From assembly GCA_964015875.1 (NCBI GenBank), contig CAXHEV010000002.1, forward strand, positions 11,310-75,309: a stretch of DNA of 64,000 nt. The letters are read 5' to 3'. Below are positions 39,983-50,708 of the stretch, piece after piece. The DNA comes from an uncultured Candidatus Poseidoniales archaeon. Lineage in GTDB: Archaea > Thermoplasmatota > Poseidoniia > Poseidoniales > Poseidoniaceae. How positions within the stretch are numbered: the first letter of the stretch is position 1; the number at the start of each line of letters is the position of its first letter. The position numbers and the translations under genes were made by a program. The notes under the pieces are model-generated. The model was not told where the DNA came from. It ran no database searches and worked only from the letters and a program-made list of their open reading frames with translations.

Positions 39983-40076
39983 TTTTTTCTCACTTGCCCG
40001 TGAGTCCCAATGGAACGAAACGAGTAAATGAACCTGTTGTTTTCATCTGTTGGCACGGGTCGAGGGGAGAATCGAT

Positions 40077-40391
40077 TCAAGCCCATCCCAATCCGCCTTT
40101 TTTCCATCGATTAACGACTTCTGTAGGCGGTCGCGGTGATGGTTTGAGTAAGGGGGATGATTCAGCCTTCGGGGGCGTTTTCACTTCGTGGAGTGCTTGG
40201 GTTGGACACGAACCTATGCAGGAGAGGCAACCAACGCATTGTTCCTCAACGACAACGACGGGACGCTTAGGTTTCGTTCGGCCCTCGGGAGAGTGAAGCA
40301 GGGGAAGAAGTGCTTCAAACGGGCAATGTGGTATGCAAAGGTCACAACCTGTGCAATCTGCTTCGATGATCGCCACCATCGATTGTCCCAT
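40077..40391 (-). CDS. 2[4Fe-4S] ferredoxin
   Basis: CTGCDLCIPHCP and CVGCLSCIGSCP. Confidence 0.9.
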   Translation of the reverse strand: MGQSMVAIIEADCTGCDLCIPHCPFEALLPLLHSPEGRTKPKRPVVVVEEQCVGCLSCIGSCPTQALHEVKTPPKAESSPLLKPSPRPPTEVVNRWKKGGLGWA

Positions 40392-40486
40392 GATTCTTGC
40401 ATATCGCCGTGCTTCTTAACGCTACGGTTGGGGCTTTTCATGCAAAAATCGACGGTGAGGTTGAAAGGTGGTTCGTGTTAGGAAGC

Positions 40487-42175
40487 ATGAGCGTGGAATC
40501 GATGCAACAGGATGTTGACCGGCTGGAACGCATGTCTGGGATGTTCAAGCGTCGCGGCATTATTTTGCCAGCCTTTGAAATCCACGGCGGTGCAAAGGGC
40601 CTCTACGATTTTGGACCTGTGGGGGGCCGTCTGCGTAATCGTGTCAATCAAACATGGATCGATCATTGGCTTGCTCTTGGCAACATCGTTGAACTTTCAT
40701 GCCCAACAGTCACTCCGTACGCCGTTTTGGAGGCATCTGGTCACGTGGGAGAATTTTCCGATTTCATGACGATTTGCACAGAATGTGGTGAAGCGAGTCG
40801 CGCAGATACACTCCTTGAATCCTCACACCCCAATCCAGATGCTTTGTCGAAATCAGAGTTGCAAAAAATACTCGGCGATGTCAATCCCTCGTGTCCTAAT
40901 TGTGGGGCGCAAGCATGGAGCGAGGTCACAGCACAGAACCTGATGTTTAACACGACCATAGGGGCAGGGACCTCAGGCCGCCCAGGTTTTCTTCGGCCAG
41001 AAACAGCACAGGGTATGTTTACCTCTTTTCCTGCATTGCTCAGACACAATAGGGACAGGCTACCGTTTGGTGCAATTCAGGTTGGCAAAGGCTACCGGAA
41101 TGAGATTTCTCCACGTCAGGGTATGATTCGTTTGCGTGAGTTCAATATGGCGGAGCTGGAATACTTCATCAACCCACATGAGGATCCACAGCATGATTTT
41201 TCTCCCTGGCAATCGATACCTTTCCGTCTGGTACCCGATGAGGGTGATGAAAAGGAAATGACAATTCAAGACGCATTGGATTCAAACACAGTCCGCCACG
41301 CTACAGTTGGCTATTTTATGGCGCAGACGTATGATTTCTTGGTGAAGGTTGGTATTGATCCGGCTCGCTTGAGATTCAGACAACATGAGTCAGATGAGAT
41401 GGCTCACTATGCAACAGATTGCTGGGACGCAGAAATTCATGGTTCATATGGTTGGGTCGAATGTGTTGGCATCGCACACCGAGGATGCTATGATCTTGAA
41501 GCCCATGAAAAAGCAACGGGGAAAACACTCAGAGCTCGACGTGAATTCAGTGAACCAAAAGTTGTAGAAATCGATGGTTGGACCATGAACGGCGCTACAG
41601 CAGGACCGGCATTCCGAGCCTTAGCTGGCAAGGTCAAAGCAGTGGTCGAAAAGCTTCCCGCAGACGCAACATTCCCACTGGTATGCACCCTTGATGATGG
41701 TCAAGGAGTTGAGGTTTTATCAGAGCATGTCAAACGTCTTCAGCGCACTGAAACCATCACTGGTGAATGGTACATCCCTCACGTGGTTGAGCCTGCATTC
41801 GGTATTGACAGAATCATATGGCATATCCTCGACCACGCTTATGACGATGAGGCTAAAGACGGTGAAGACTACACAATACTGAAACTCAGTGAACATGTTG
41901 CTCCTGTTGATTATTGTGTATTTCCCCTGTTTGAAAAAGATGGAATGGGTGAACTTGCTCGTTCGCTTCACCGCTCACTTTGTAGCAAACGCGGTATCGT
42001 ATCAGTCTACGATAGCAGCGGGTCAATCGGCCGTAGGTACGCTCGTGCGGATGAAATTGGTGTGCCACAATGCTTGACCGTCGACCATCAGTCACTCGAG
42101 GATGCTACGGTCACCATTCGAGACCGTGATTCAGGGGAACAACGACGTGTGACAATTGAAGATATCATTCGCTAA
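40487..42175 (+). CDS. glyS: Glycine-tRNA ligase (alpha2 type)
   Basis: LRPETAQG, YRNEISPRQGMIRLREF, WVECVG, EPAFGIDR and IGRRYARADEIG. Confidence 0.97.
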   Translation: MSVESMQQDVDRLERMSGMFKRRGIILPAFEIHGGAKGLYDFGPVGGRLRNRVNQTWIDHWLALGNIVELSCPTVTPYAVLEASGHVGEFSDFMTICTECGEASRADTLLESSHPNPDALSKSELQKILGDVNPSCPNCGAQAWSEVTAQNLMFNTTIGAGTSGRPGFLRPETAQGMFTSFPALLRHNRDRLPFGAIQVGKGYRNEISPRQGMIRLREFNMAELEYFINPHEDPQHDFSPWQSIPFRLVPDEGDEKEMTIQDALDSNTVRHATVGYFMAQTYDFLVKVGIDPARLRFRQHESDEMAHYATDCWDAEIHGSYGWVECVGIAHRGCYDLEAHEKATGKTLRARREFSEPKVVEIDGWTMNGATAGPAFRALAGKVKAVVEKLPADATFPLVCTLDDGQGVEVLSEHVKRLQRTETITGEWYIPHVVEPAFGIDRIIWHILDHAYDDEAKDGEDYTILKLSEHVAPVDYCVFPLFEKDGMGELARSLHRSLCSKRGIVSVYDSSGSIGRRYARADEIGVPQCLTVDHQSLEDATVTIRDRDSGEQRRVTIEDIIR

Positions 42176-42230
42176 CTCCGCCTCTGATAACCTCATCAAT
42201 ATTGAAAGACCCTCGGAAAGAACAACCACC

Positions 42231-43766
42231 ATGACCGAGGTGAGCGATTGGACAGAGCGCCACCGCCCCACATCTGAGCGTCATCTCGAAGGCAACGAAG
42301 TTCAGCGTCGAAAAATTCGTGCCTGGCTGGACGATTGGCAGAACGGTAGCCCGAAAAAGAAGGCTATTTTGCTCGTTGGGCCACCCGGTGTCGGAAAAAC
42401 ATCAGTGGCGAGAGCGATTGCTCAGGACCTTGGTTGGAATGTCATTGAATTGAACGCCTCGGACGCTAGAAATGCAGCAGCAATTCGAAAAGCTGCAACT
42501 CAAGGCAGCACACACCGCTCATTGTTTCACGATCCAAACGCAAAAAAGCAGCGAACACTGATTTTACTGGATGAGGTAGACCACATTTCGGGTGGACTTC
42601 GTGCTGTCAGTCAAGATCGGATTTCGAAGGCGATGCAGGGTGCAGATGAAACTGGAAAGGAAGTCAAACTTGCAGGCGACTCCGGAGGGAAAGCAGAATT
42701 GCTCGAACTTTTGGCCAACACTAAACAACCTGTGATTTTGGCATGCAATGAAATCATGGGGCTCTGGGGTAAGGGCTCCAGTTGGCGCAACACTCGAGAT
42801 CGCTTCAAACCACACCTGAATATCATCACCTTTGAACGAGCGAGTAATGAAGCACTAAGAAGGATTGCAAAACGAGTTTTGCGTGAAGAAAATCTCGACT
42901 TCGATGAAGCAGCAGTGAAGGCTTTAGTCGCTAGCAATCCAGGTGATTTACGGGCCTTAGTTCGTGATTTACAAGTCCTTTCATCGACAGCTGACGGTGC
43001 CATTACAAAGGCCATGGTTGAGGCACAAGCAGATTCAGGGCGACGAGATACCACCTTGGAGGTCTTTCCTGGCCTTGATGCTCTGTACAGGTCGAATGAA
43101 GCGAAAAAAGCGGTTGAACTTGGGCGTCTTATTGACAAGCCACCGAGTGAACTCATCAACTGGGTGCACTGGAATAACGCTTCGTTGTTCCCAGAAAAAA
43201 TTTCCATTCGCAGGGCAAACCATACGCTTGCTCTTGCCGCTCAGATGCTTATGGCTCAATACCAGAACACAGCGCATCGTTCATGGTATTGGAGTGGACA
43301 ACTTGCTAGTCTTTCAGCGTCGGTACCGAATAAGGTTCCCTTTAGAGACCGAATATACTCTACCTATCCATCGTTCCTACGTCGCCAAGCCTCCTGGGTC
43401 AGACCAGCCATCGTGGAACGTTTGTCAGAATTCTCTGGCTCCAGTAAAGCAGCAGCAAGGGATGAATTGATGCCACTGCTCTCTGCAATGGTGAAAGATT
43501 CACCCAATCTCGGTGATTCAACTGATTTTTCTCTTTCGATTCAACTCGGATTTTCCGCAGAAGAGCATGCCTCTATGGCAGGTTTGCCACTGAGCCGTCG
43601 TTCAACAAAAGACCTTCTCGAAGCATACAATGTCGAACTTAGTGCTTACACGGCCATGCAAGAAACACCAGATCCACTTCCTGTGGAATCGCCTCCTGAA
43701 TCCTCAGATGACGAGGCTAACGAAACAAATGATGATCCGCCATCAGGTCAGATGAAATTATTCTGA
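42231..43766 (+). CDS. rfcL: Replication factor C large subunit
   Basis: WTERHRP, GPPGVGKTS, IELNASDAR, LDEVD, GDLR and a C-terminal clamp-binding-like QMKLF. Confidence 0.92.
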   Translation: MTEVSDWTERHRPTSERHLEGNEVQRRKIRAWLDDWQNGSPKKKAILLVGPPGVGKTSVARAIAQDLGWNVIELNASDARNAAAIRKAATQGSTHRSLFHDPNAKKQRTLILLDEVDHISGGLRAVSQDRISKAMQGADETGKEVKLAGDSGGKAELLELLANTKQPVILACNEIMGLWGKGSSWRNTRDRFKPHLNIITFERASNEALRRIAKRVLREENLDFDEAAVKALVASNPGDLRALVRDLQVLSSTADGAITKAMVEAQADSGRRDTTLEVFPGLDALYRSNEAKKAVELGRLIDKPPSELINWVHWNNASLFPEKISIRRANHTLALAAQMLMAQYQNTAHRSWYWSGQLASLSASVPNKVPFRDRIYSTYPSFLRRQASWVRPAIVERLSEFSGSSKAAARDELMPLLSAMVKDSPNLGDSTDFSLSIQLGFSAEEHASMAGLPLSRRSTKDLLEAYNVELSAYTAMQETPDPLPVESPPESSDDEANETNDDPPSGQMKLF

Positions 43767-43767
43767 C

Positions 43768-45399
43768 CTAGGGCTTCTCATCGTCTTCCATGATTCGACG
43801 GAAGAGGGCAATCGCTGCCCGATCAGACTGAACTTTTTCTTCCCTACGCCATGTGTGCGGGTGCATGAGGATGACTGCTGTGAGAAGCTCAAGTCGACCA
43901 AACCACATTAAGATCGAAGTCATGACTAAAGCACCAGAATTCATTCCAGCCCAAGTTGCAGATGGGCCATAATCACCCAGAGCAGGCCCAGTGTTTCCAA
44001 GTGATGACGCAACGACTGTGATAACGCTCTCGAAGGTATCGCTTGGCATAAAAATGGACAACAAGATGCTTGAGAGGCCAAACAATCCAACCCATACAAA
44101 CAACATACCCACAATTAATCCAATTTGGTTCTGCTCAACGACCTCCCCGTTCATACGAATTTGATCGATTTTTCGAGGTTGGGCAATCTTGACCAATTCT
44201 CTCATGGCCACCTTGAACGCTAGCGTAATTCTTAGCAGCTTTAGTCCACCTGCAGTTGAACCTGCACTCGCACCAACAATCATGAGAATGAAAATGATGA
44301 AATGAGTGACCATAGGCCAAGAATCACTGGCGTAATCTGTCGTTCCATACCCGGTTGACGTACCAATAGAAATGACGTGGAACACACTGTGTCGCAATGA
44401 GGTTCCAACAGAGGTCCCAGAGCCTATGAGTGCACCTGCAATCGCCAATGAGGCGACCAACACATAGATCCCATAGTAGCGGAATTCTTCATCTGCAAAC
44501 GCTTTCTTGAATTCTCGCTCTTTGATGAACCACATCAATGTAAAGTTGATACCTGCAATGAACATGAACACGATGATGATCGTTTCAACAAGCACAGAAT
44601 CGAAATAGCCTATGCTCGCATCGTGAGTCGAAAAACCACCTGATGGAAGCGTTGTCAATGCGTGATTGATTGAATCGAACCAATTCATCGACCCTGTACC
44701 GAATAAAAGGCCAAATTCCAACAATGTCAAGACGATGTAAAGCGACCAAAGGGCAATCGCTGTTTGCTTCAGTTTTGGTCGCAAACGTGACAGGGATGGT
44801 CCAGTTAATTCAGCACGTGCAAGGGCCATACCACCTCCAATGACTCGTGACAAAATCATCATTCCAAGCATGATGATACCCATGCCCCCAAACCATTGAG
44901 TCAATGAACGCCAAAGCAACAAACCACGAGCTTGACTGTTAATGCAATCCTCTGTCACGCCCGGTATGCAGTTCGGACTCATGTTATGTGCGATGACCGT
45001 GGCTCCAGTTGTGGTGAATCCCGACATCGACTCAAACCATGAATTCACAGCACCACGCGCCATGTCGATGAGTGCTATGTCGGGTGTAAATGGTCCGTTG
45101 AACATACCACCAAGCCAATACGGCAGTGCTCCAATAAGGACTGCAATTGGCCACACGAGAGCAACACCAGCAAATGCTTCCTTGTCCCGCAATCGCTCGC
45201 TTGTGTTGGTACGTGTGCCAAAACTGACCATCAAGATGCCCACAAATGCTGAGATGAAGGATGGGATTGCAAAGGCCCTCAGCGCCAGTTCAACAGAATC
45301 CAAGGCACCAGTTAACACACCACATACAGCAAGAGGTATCGATAACGCAATGAGCGTCCACCCCAAGATCAGATACAGCACGTCTGAGCGCATGGCCAT
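43768..45399 (-). CDS. trkH: Trk potassium uptake membrane protein
   Basis: Pore loops SGFTTTGA, SGGFS, STGYG and GNTGP; also GSTAGGLK and GRLE. Confidence 0.95.
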   Translation of the reverse strand: MAMRSDVLYLILGWTLIALSIPLAVCGVLTGALDSVELALRAFAIPSFISAFVGILMVSFGTRTNTSERLRDKEAFAGVALVWPIAVLIGALPYWLGGMFNGPFTPDIALIDMARGAVNSWFESMSGFTTTGATVIAHNMSPNCIPGVTEDCINSQARGLLLWRSLTQWFGGMGIIMLGMMILSRVIGGGMALARAELTGPSLSRLRPKLKQTAIALWSLYIVLTLLEFGLLFGTGSMNWFDSINHALTTLPSGGFSTHDASIGYFDSVLVETIIIVFMFIAGINFTLMWFIKEREFKKAFADEEFRYYGIYVLVASLAIAGALIGSGTSVGTSLRHSVFHVISIGTSTGYGTTDYASDSWPMVTHFIIFILMIVGASAGSTAGGLKLLRITLAFKVAMRELVKIAQPRKIDQIRMNGEVVEQNQIGLIVGMLFVWVGLFGLSSILLSIFMPSDTFESVITVVASSLGNTGPALGDYGPSATWAGMNSGALVMTSILMWFGRLELLTAVILMHPHTWRREEKVQSDRAAIALFRRIMEDDEKP

Positions 45400-46817
45400 C
45401 ACACCCTGAATCGCTTTTCAACATCTGAAATCCTGTCTGGACTGCAGAAGATAATCAAACGATCTCCGTCCAATAATGTCTTTTCAGGCGAAGGTCTGAG
45501 TGATTCCCACATTCCAGATGTGTTTCGTCGTTGGATGAAAGCAATTCTCATCCATTCTGGGAAATTTGCTTCAACTATTCTCTTGCCAGAAAATTTAGCT
45601 CTATCGTTTACTTCCATACTGACACCTACAATGTTTGGAATGTTGGTGAGCAGCGCATATGCACCTGCTGTTTTGGTATGAATTTGAGCGAGCATGTTAT
45701 CCACAGCAACTCGCTTTCGATCAACTGCGAAGGTGATTCCCATTCTTTGGGTGACTTTGACTAAGTCAGCATCGTACAAGAGTAAACCTGTCCGCTGAAC
45801 ACCCATGTCGCTTGCCAGTAGTGCTGCTGCAATACTAGCTAAATCATCTTGCAGTGCAGCGATTGCAATGTGGTGGTCAGGTATGCCGATTTCTGTGAGA
45901 ATGTCCCGATCAAGATGATCTCCGTGAATGACCTCAAGGTTTGGATGTGCCCCAGTTGTTGAACCTGACAATTCATTCGCCATTTGCAAATCACGTTCAA
46001 TGACAGTAACTTTTGCACCGGATTCAAGCCAATCATCGGCGATTCTGCGTCCAATTTTGTTTGCTCCAATAACGGCCACTCTAGGATTTACTGGAAAATC
46101 GGTTGCGACATGGCCGAAAATATTGAGGATTCGGTTAAAACTCGTTAGACCGGTCGTTGCAACTGCAATTCGATCGTTAGGAACAAGCATGAAATCTCCG
46201 TCTGGGACAATGCTCTTTTCGCCCTCTCGCTTCAAACCGACAATCAGAGGCATTCCGCCCTCAATTTGGGTTGAAGCTTCCCTGAGGGTACTGAAAACGA
46301 CGCTCTTGGCGTTGCTCGTTACATCCAGTTCGATAATGTAAGCATCATGGCCAAAGGGAATGACCTCTTCAATCGAAGAAGACCTAAGCCCTGAATGAAG
46401 TCTCTGAATCGCCCCCTCGAGCGGATTGACCACATGGTTGACCTTCGCCCATTCCCTAAGGTATCCACTGTTTTGTTCTTCGATGAAATTCATACCACGG
46501 ACCCTGCAAATAGAAAGCAATGGATCAGCGTTCTCCGGAGCCAACTCGAGGAAAGCGTGGTTGGCAAGTGCACATGCGAGGAGATTTCGCTCGTCAGAAT
46601 TTGTTGCTGCGACGAAGACTGAGGAATGCCCTATACCTGCCTCATGCAATTTTTCCCGCTTGGTAAGGTCGCCATGAATGACGAGTACATCCAAATTCTG
46701 TGCATTCTTGACGGCCCTCGAATCCGAATCGACTAGGACAACGTCGATATCTTCAGCACGCAGGGCTTTGGCCAAGTCGGTTCCGACTCTTCCTGCTCCA
46801 CCAATTATTATTCTCAT
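45399..46817 (-). CDS. trkA: Trk potassium uptake regulatory subunit (two RCK domains)
   Basis: IIIGGAGRVG, AATNSDERN and a second Rossmann motif VIGANKIG; coupled to trkH. Confidence 0.93.
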   Translation of the reverse strand: MRIIIGGAGRVGTDLAKALRAEDIDVVLVDSDSRAVKNAQNLDVLVIHGDLTKREKLHEAGIGHSSVFVAATNSDERNLLACALANHAFLELAPENADPLLSICRVRGMNFIEEQNSGYLREWAKVNHVVNPLEGAIQRLHSGLRSSSIEEVIPFGHDAYIIELDVTSNAKSVVFSTLREASTQIEGGMPLIVGLKREGEKSIVPDGDFMLVPNDRIAVATTGLTSFNRILNIFGHVATDFPVNPRVAVIGANKIGRRIADDWLESGAKVTVIERDLQMANELSGSTTGAHPNLEVIHGDHLDRDILTEIGIPDHHIAIAALQDDLASIAAALLASDMGVQRTGLLLYDADLVKVTQRMGITFAVDRKRVAVDNMLAQIHTKTAGAYALLTNIPNIVGVSMEVNDRAKFSGKRIVEANFPEWMRIAFIQRRNTSGMWESLRPSPEKTLLDGDRLIIFCSPDRISDVEKRFRV

Positions 46818-46822
46818 CAAAA

Positions 46823-48415
46823 TCACCCGAGGTTTTCAGCCACCATTGGCACCTTGAACGTACCACCATTCACATTCACGTCACCAACGGTTGTCCACAG
46901 TGGCGGCGAACGGTCGATGCCTGTCGAATACATACCTGGCCGATAATATGCATTGAGGAGGTCACCGCTTGGATCTGGTTCTTCGATGTATGCGATGTAA
47001 GCTGTGGGTGTGTGAAGAAGCCATTTGTTGTTGACCACATCGACTTGACCCTGAACATAGCATGTTGCAAGTTCAATATCTCGTTCCTCGCAATACTCTT
47101 GGCTGAGGGGGAGCTGAATGTATCCCCAAGCGTGTGCTTCCCAGACCTGATAGTTTCCGTCTGTCAAAGCACCAAAGGCATACCAACCGGGAAGGTTCTT
47201 GACCCGCAACAAGGATAGGAAGGCGTTGGTTTGTTCATCACAATCACCCGTTCCGGCTGCAAGGCATTCCGGACCACTGCGCGCAATAATCGGAGCTTGC
47301 TTGTCATAGGTTGCGTGCTTGTGAAGATAATCGAAAGCTGCCCGTGCGTAGCCATATGCGTTCTCTGTCTCCCCTTCAGGAAGACTTTGGCTGATTTGAT
47401 TTGCTACTTCAATCACTTCTTCGTGTTGGGCATTGATGGCCCAGCCACCAAGCGATCGACTGTCGATGACAGGGCTCATGCCCCGGTCGTACCACTTTGC
47501 GGTTCGAAATTGTTGTGCGTCTCCAAATGCATCACGAAGAGAGACGTCATCAAAGGTCCCGCTGGTGTCCATACTGATGCCGTTATCAATCCCATTGATT
47601 CGTGAATCCACACGTCCAGAATCCCACCACGAGTAGGCAGTACTTGTGAGTGTGATTGTGAACATAAACGACGATGTTTGACCTGGATCCAGATTCAACT
47701 TCACCTTAACACACGATGCAACACCGCAGAAGTCATTCCCCTCGCCGCTACCCGGCCACCATAATTCATGACCGTTATTTGTGGTGATTTTATCCTCGAC
47801 CGAGCGCGTTGGTAATCCATTCAATGGAATGTTAAACACCTCATTCGTGTCGATTGTCATGGTGAGTGCCGTGATTTTTTGAACGCTCTGTGTTGGCATA
47901 GCAAGCGAATCATCAGTATATTCAAAATGGGTGTTTGACCCATTCAGTGATCTCACATCAGGTGGAATGACTATATTTTCCATAAGATACCCCTCACCAC
48001 CATTATTGACGACTTCAATAGTTTTCGCGACTGAATAGGTTGTTTCGATTGGGTAGAGGTGGAACGGGGCTGCCTGTAAGAGAACAGATTCCTTGACCGC
48101 AGCAAATTGCGCTATTGATGCTTCTTGAACAGTCGGAGATGTGAACACGAAAGCAATGAAAATCACCATGACAATCATTCGTGATTTGTTTCGTGTTCGT
48201 TTCATGATGTTTTTCGATCGCCCTGAATGGGTTTGTATGACCCCGGGTGCAGTAGGCCTGCTCGTCATTTTGTAGGTCGTTTCTTTAGAGCCGCTGTTAA
48301 ATTGCTGTTCCAAGGCAAATTCCTTGGAGTCAAGATTTGCCAACACGCGACCGCATGAATAGCAAATTGTGTCGCCCGGTAAGGTGACACTTCGGCAATA
48401 AGGGCAGGAACCCAT
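46823..48415 (-). CDS. Membrane-anchored transglutaminase-like protein with N-terminal Zn-ribbon
   Basis: CPYC...CYSC, one TM helix, then GDCDEQ...LLR...LP, HAW and VD (Cys-His-Asp triad). Confidence 0.82.
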   Translation of the reverse strand: MGSCPYCRSVTLPGDTICYSCGRVLANLDSKEFALEQQFNSGSKETTYKMTSRPTAPGVIQTHSGRSKNIMKRTRNKSRMIVMVIFIAFVFTSPTVQEASIAQFAAVKESVLLQAAPFHLYPIETTYSVAKTIEVVNNGGEGYLMENIVIPPDVRSLNGSNTHFEYTDDSLAMPTQSVQKITALTMTIDTNEVFNIPLNGLPTRSVEDKITTNNGHELWWPGSGEGNDFCGVASCVKVKLNLDPGQTSSFMFTITLTSTAYSWWDSGRVDSRINGIDNGISMDTSGTFDDVSLRDAFGDAQQFRTAKWYDRGMSPVIDSRSLGGWAINAQHEEVIEVANQISQSLPEGETENAYGYARAAFDYLHKHATYDKQAPIIARSGPECLAAGTGDCDEQTNAFLSLLRVKNLPGWYAFGALTDGNYQVWEAHAWGYIQLPLSQEYCEERDIELATCYVQGQVDVVNNKWLLHTPTAYIAYIEEPDPSGDLLNAYYRPGMYSTGIDRSPPLWTTVGDVNVNGGTFKVPMVAENLG

Positions 48416-48540
48416 GAGTGTAAGGCTGAGCGGGCGTTGTATAACCGTTGTGTGCGGAAGGCCCCAATAATGCTTAATTCTTAAGAACCTAGATTTACGA
48501 CTTATCTAGCATTTAGCATCCTTAGTGAATATTTACTTAC

Positions 48541-49308
48541 TCAATTACTAATTTTCTTGGCTTCCATTTCCGATGCAAGTTTCTCGCGAACTTGTCGTGC
48601 CCACATTTTACGAAGACGTTTTTTGCCTTCGCTAGGGATTGAATCCCAAATCCATTCATCGGCTTTCCTGTTCACTAGCAATGCAAAAGGAATGATGAAC
48701 ACCCAGGCAAGTGGATCCACTACGGCATAGGCGAACATCACAAGGTATGCACATCGCCAAAAGGTCGAACGTAGAACAGCGCCCCACCGTCTTCCTTCAA
48801 GCATGAGTTGTCCGTGAAAACAGCAAATCAAAGCCTCAGTTCGTGGTGCGAAGAGGCCAAACCCAACTACGGTAGCCCATAGCGTCGGGCTGAGAAGAGA
48901 TGATTGAATCTCGTACACCCTGTACAAATGAACCATGCCGACCATCGCTCCAATAGCTAAACCCAATGCCCAACCACTTGTTGGTTGTGAGGAACCGGAC
49001 CGGACTCGTTCCCGCCTTAGCAGCAAATGTGCTCCCACGGATGCCATCAGGCACAAGATGAGTAAATTTATCGGATTCACAACAGCGTTTGCATTGTCTG
49101 CAACGAATTCAAGATACGGTAAGAGTATGAAATTATGGGACAGTGAGGCGTATATCCCACCGAGAAGGATGCCCCAAAATACATTGCTCCAAGCGGTTGG
49201 TAGATCATAAAATCCAGAGTACTTTGTCATGACACCTCGCCATCCGAGGGTCATGCCTATCAGCGATGTTATCGCTGCGGCCTGAAACAGAAAGAAGGTC
49301 GAGGCCAT
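48541..49308 (-). CDS. Hypothetical polytopic membrane protein with basic C-terminal helix
   Basis: About 6-7 hydrophobic segments; TTGATG at -29. Confidence 0.7.
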   Translation of the reverse strand: MASTFFLFQAAAITSLIGMTLGWRGVMTKYSGFYDLPTAWSNVFWGILLGGIYASLSHNFILLPYLEFVADNANAVVNPINLLILCLMASVGAHLLLRRERVRSGSSQPTSGWALGLAIGAMVGMVHLYRVYEIQSSLLSPTLWATVVGFGLFAPRTEALICCFHGQLMLEGRRWGAVLRSTFWRCAYLVMFAYAVVDPLAWVFIIPFALLVNRKADEWIWDSIPSEGKKRLRKMWARQVREKLASEMEAKKISN

Positions 49309-49397
49309 GTCCCTCCCTGACCACCGCCCTTCATCAAAGCGTTGCCTTAATCTGAGAATGGCGTTGGATTCAAAGACCTCGATGGGTAGCCCACCTC

Positions 49398-50657
49398 ATG
49401 GCTCGACTGCTTTTGTTCGGTGGCAAAGGAGGCGTTGGCAAAACAACAACCTCTGCTGCAACCGCTGTATGGTTGGCCGATGCAGGTCTTCGTGTGCTCC
49501 TTGTATCCAGCGATCCAGCGCATTCGACCTCTGATTCTCTCGATGTTAAATTGGATTCAAAACCAACTCCAGTGGAGGGTGTACCGGGACTTTTCGGTTT
49601 GGAAATGGATCCCGAATCCAAAATTTCCTCTGCCTTACCAAAGTTGGGTGAAATGATGAACAACATGAATGGGAGTGGCGGCCTTGGTGGCTTGGGTGGA
49701 TTGAGCATGATGCTTGAGCCTAATGCTAAGGAAGAAATGGATTCAATGCGAGATGAGGTCAAAGCATCAGATATGGTCATTCCAGGTCTTGATGAAGCTC
49801 TTGCCTTTGATGAATTGCTCCGGCATGTCGAAGACCCAACATGGGATGTTATCGTCTTTGACACCGCCCCTACCGGCCACACCCTCAGGTTTCTTTCACT
49901 TCCAGAACTCATCGAGTCATGGTCTGACAAAATCATTCGCATGATGCGGGTATCAGGAGGCTTACGCTCTATGTTGTTTGGGCGGAAAGAAAGTGATGCA
50001 ATGAAAGAAGAAATCGAACGCTTTCGACGTCGCGTTCTCCATGTCCGCCGAGTGCTGTCGAACGAATCCATCACATCGTTTACATTGGTCACAATTCCAG
50101 AACGAATGGGAATCAATGAAACATTGCGAGCCCACACATCACTTACTGAGTATAAATTACCTGTTCCAAATTGTCTTGTCAACAGATTGACGCCTGAATT
50201 TGATCACCCGTTCCTTGCTCACAGGCGCGCAGCAGAATTGGAGCGTGTTGAGGAATTGAGAACTAAGATGCCAGATGTCAACATTGCAACAATGGAACTT
50301 CTTGATGACGAAGTGGTAGGAATTGAAGCACTTCGAGAGGTTGGAGTCCGACTTTATGGGGAGGTCAAACCACATCCGAGTGATCTTGGTCCACACGGCA
50401 TTGGGACATCGCTTCAACATTCTATACATCGGGGTATGACGAGGAATATTGATGGTGATACCGAACGAATTTCTCTTCACTATCCCGGAATTGCTCGTGA
50501 GGAACTCTCACTTCGAAGTGAGGATGGCATTCTCTATGTTGGATTAAACGGTCGAGAGCGTGAAGTTGTCACTTCGGTACCAACAAAAGCGAGCAAGGTC
50601 ACTGCAAAACTCGAGGGTGATGTTTTGCATCTTGATGTTCCACTTGACCAGGATTGA
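49398..50657 (+). CDS. ArsA/Get3-family ATPase with putative HSP20-like C-terminal domain
   Basis: GKGGVGKTT, SDPAHS, PGLDE and DTAPTGH; Met-rich inserts; beta-rich tail PGIAREELSL...AKLEGDVLHLDV. Confidence 0.88.
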   Translation: MARLLLFGGKGGVGKTTTSAATAVWLADAGLRVLLVSSDPAHSTSDSLDVKLDSKPTPVEGVPGLFGLEMDPESKISSALPKLGEMMNNMNGSGGLGGLGGLSMMLEPNAKEEMDSMRDEVKASDMVIPGLDEALAFDELLRHVEDPTWDVIVFDTAPTGHTLRFLSLPELIESWSDKIIRMMRVSGGLRSMLFGRKESDAMKEEIERFRRRVLHVRRVLSNESITSFTLVTIPERMGINETLRAHTSLTEYKLPVPNCLVNRLTPEFDHPFLAHRRAAELERVEELRTKMPDVNIATMELLDDEVVGIEALREVGVRLYGEVKPHPSDLGPHGIGTSLQHSIHRGMTRNIDGDTERISLHYPGIAREELSLRSEDGILYVGLNGREREVVTSVPTKASKVTAKLEGDVLHLDVPLDQD

Positions 50658-50708
50658 TGCAATACATCTCATGGGTGGGTTGAAATGGAGAAGCGGATTC
50701 GCTGAGCC

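Noticed and set aside
43740..43766. Beta-clamp-like QMKLF at the RFC-L C-terminus
   Set aside because: Short PIP-type tails are normal on euryarchaeal RFC-L.
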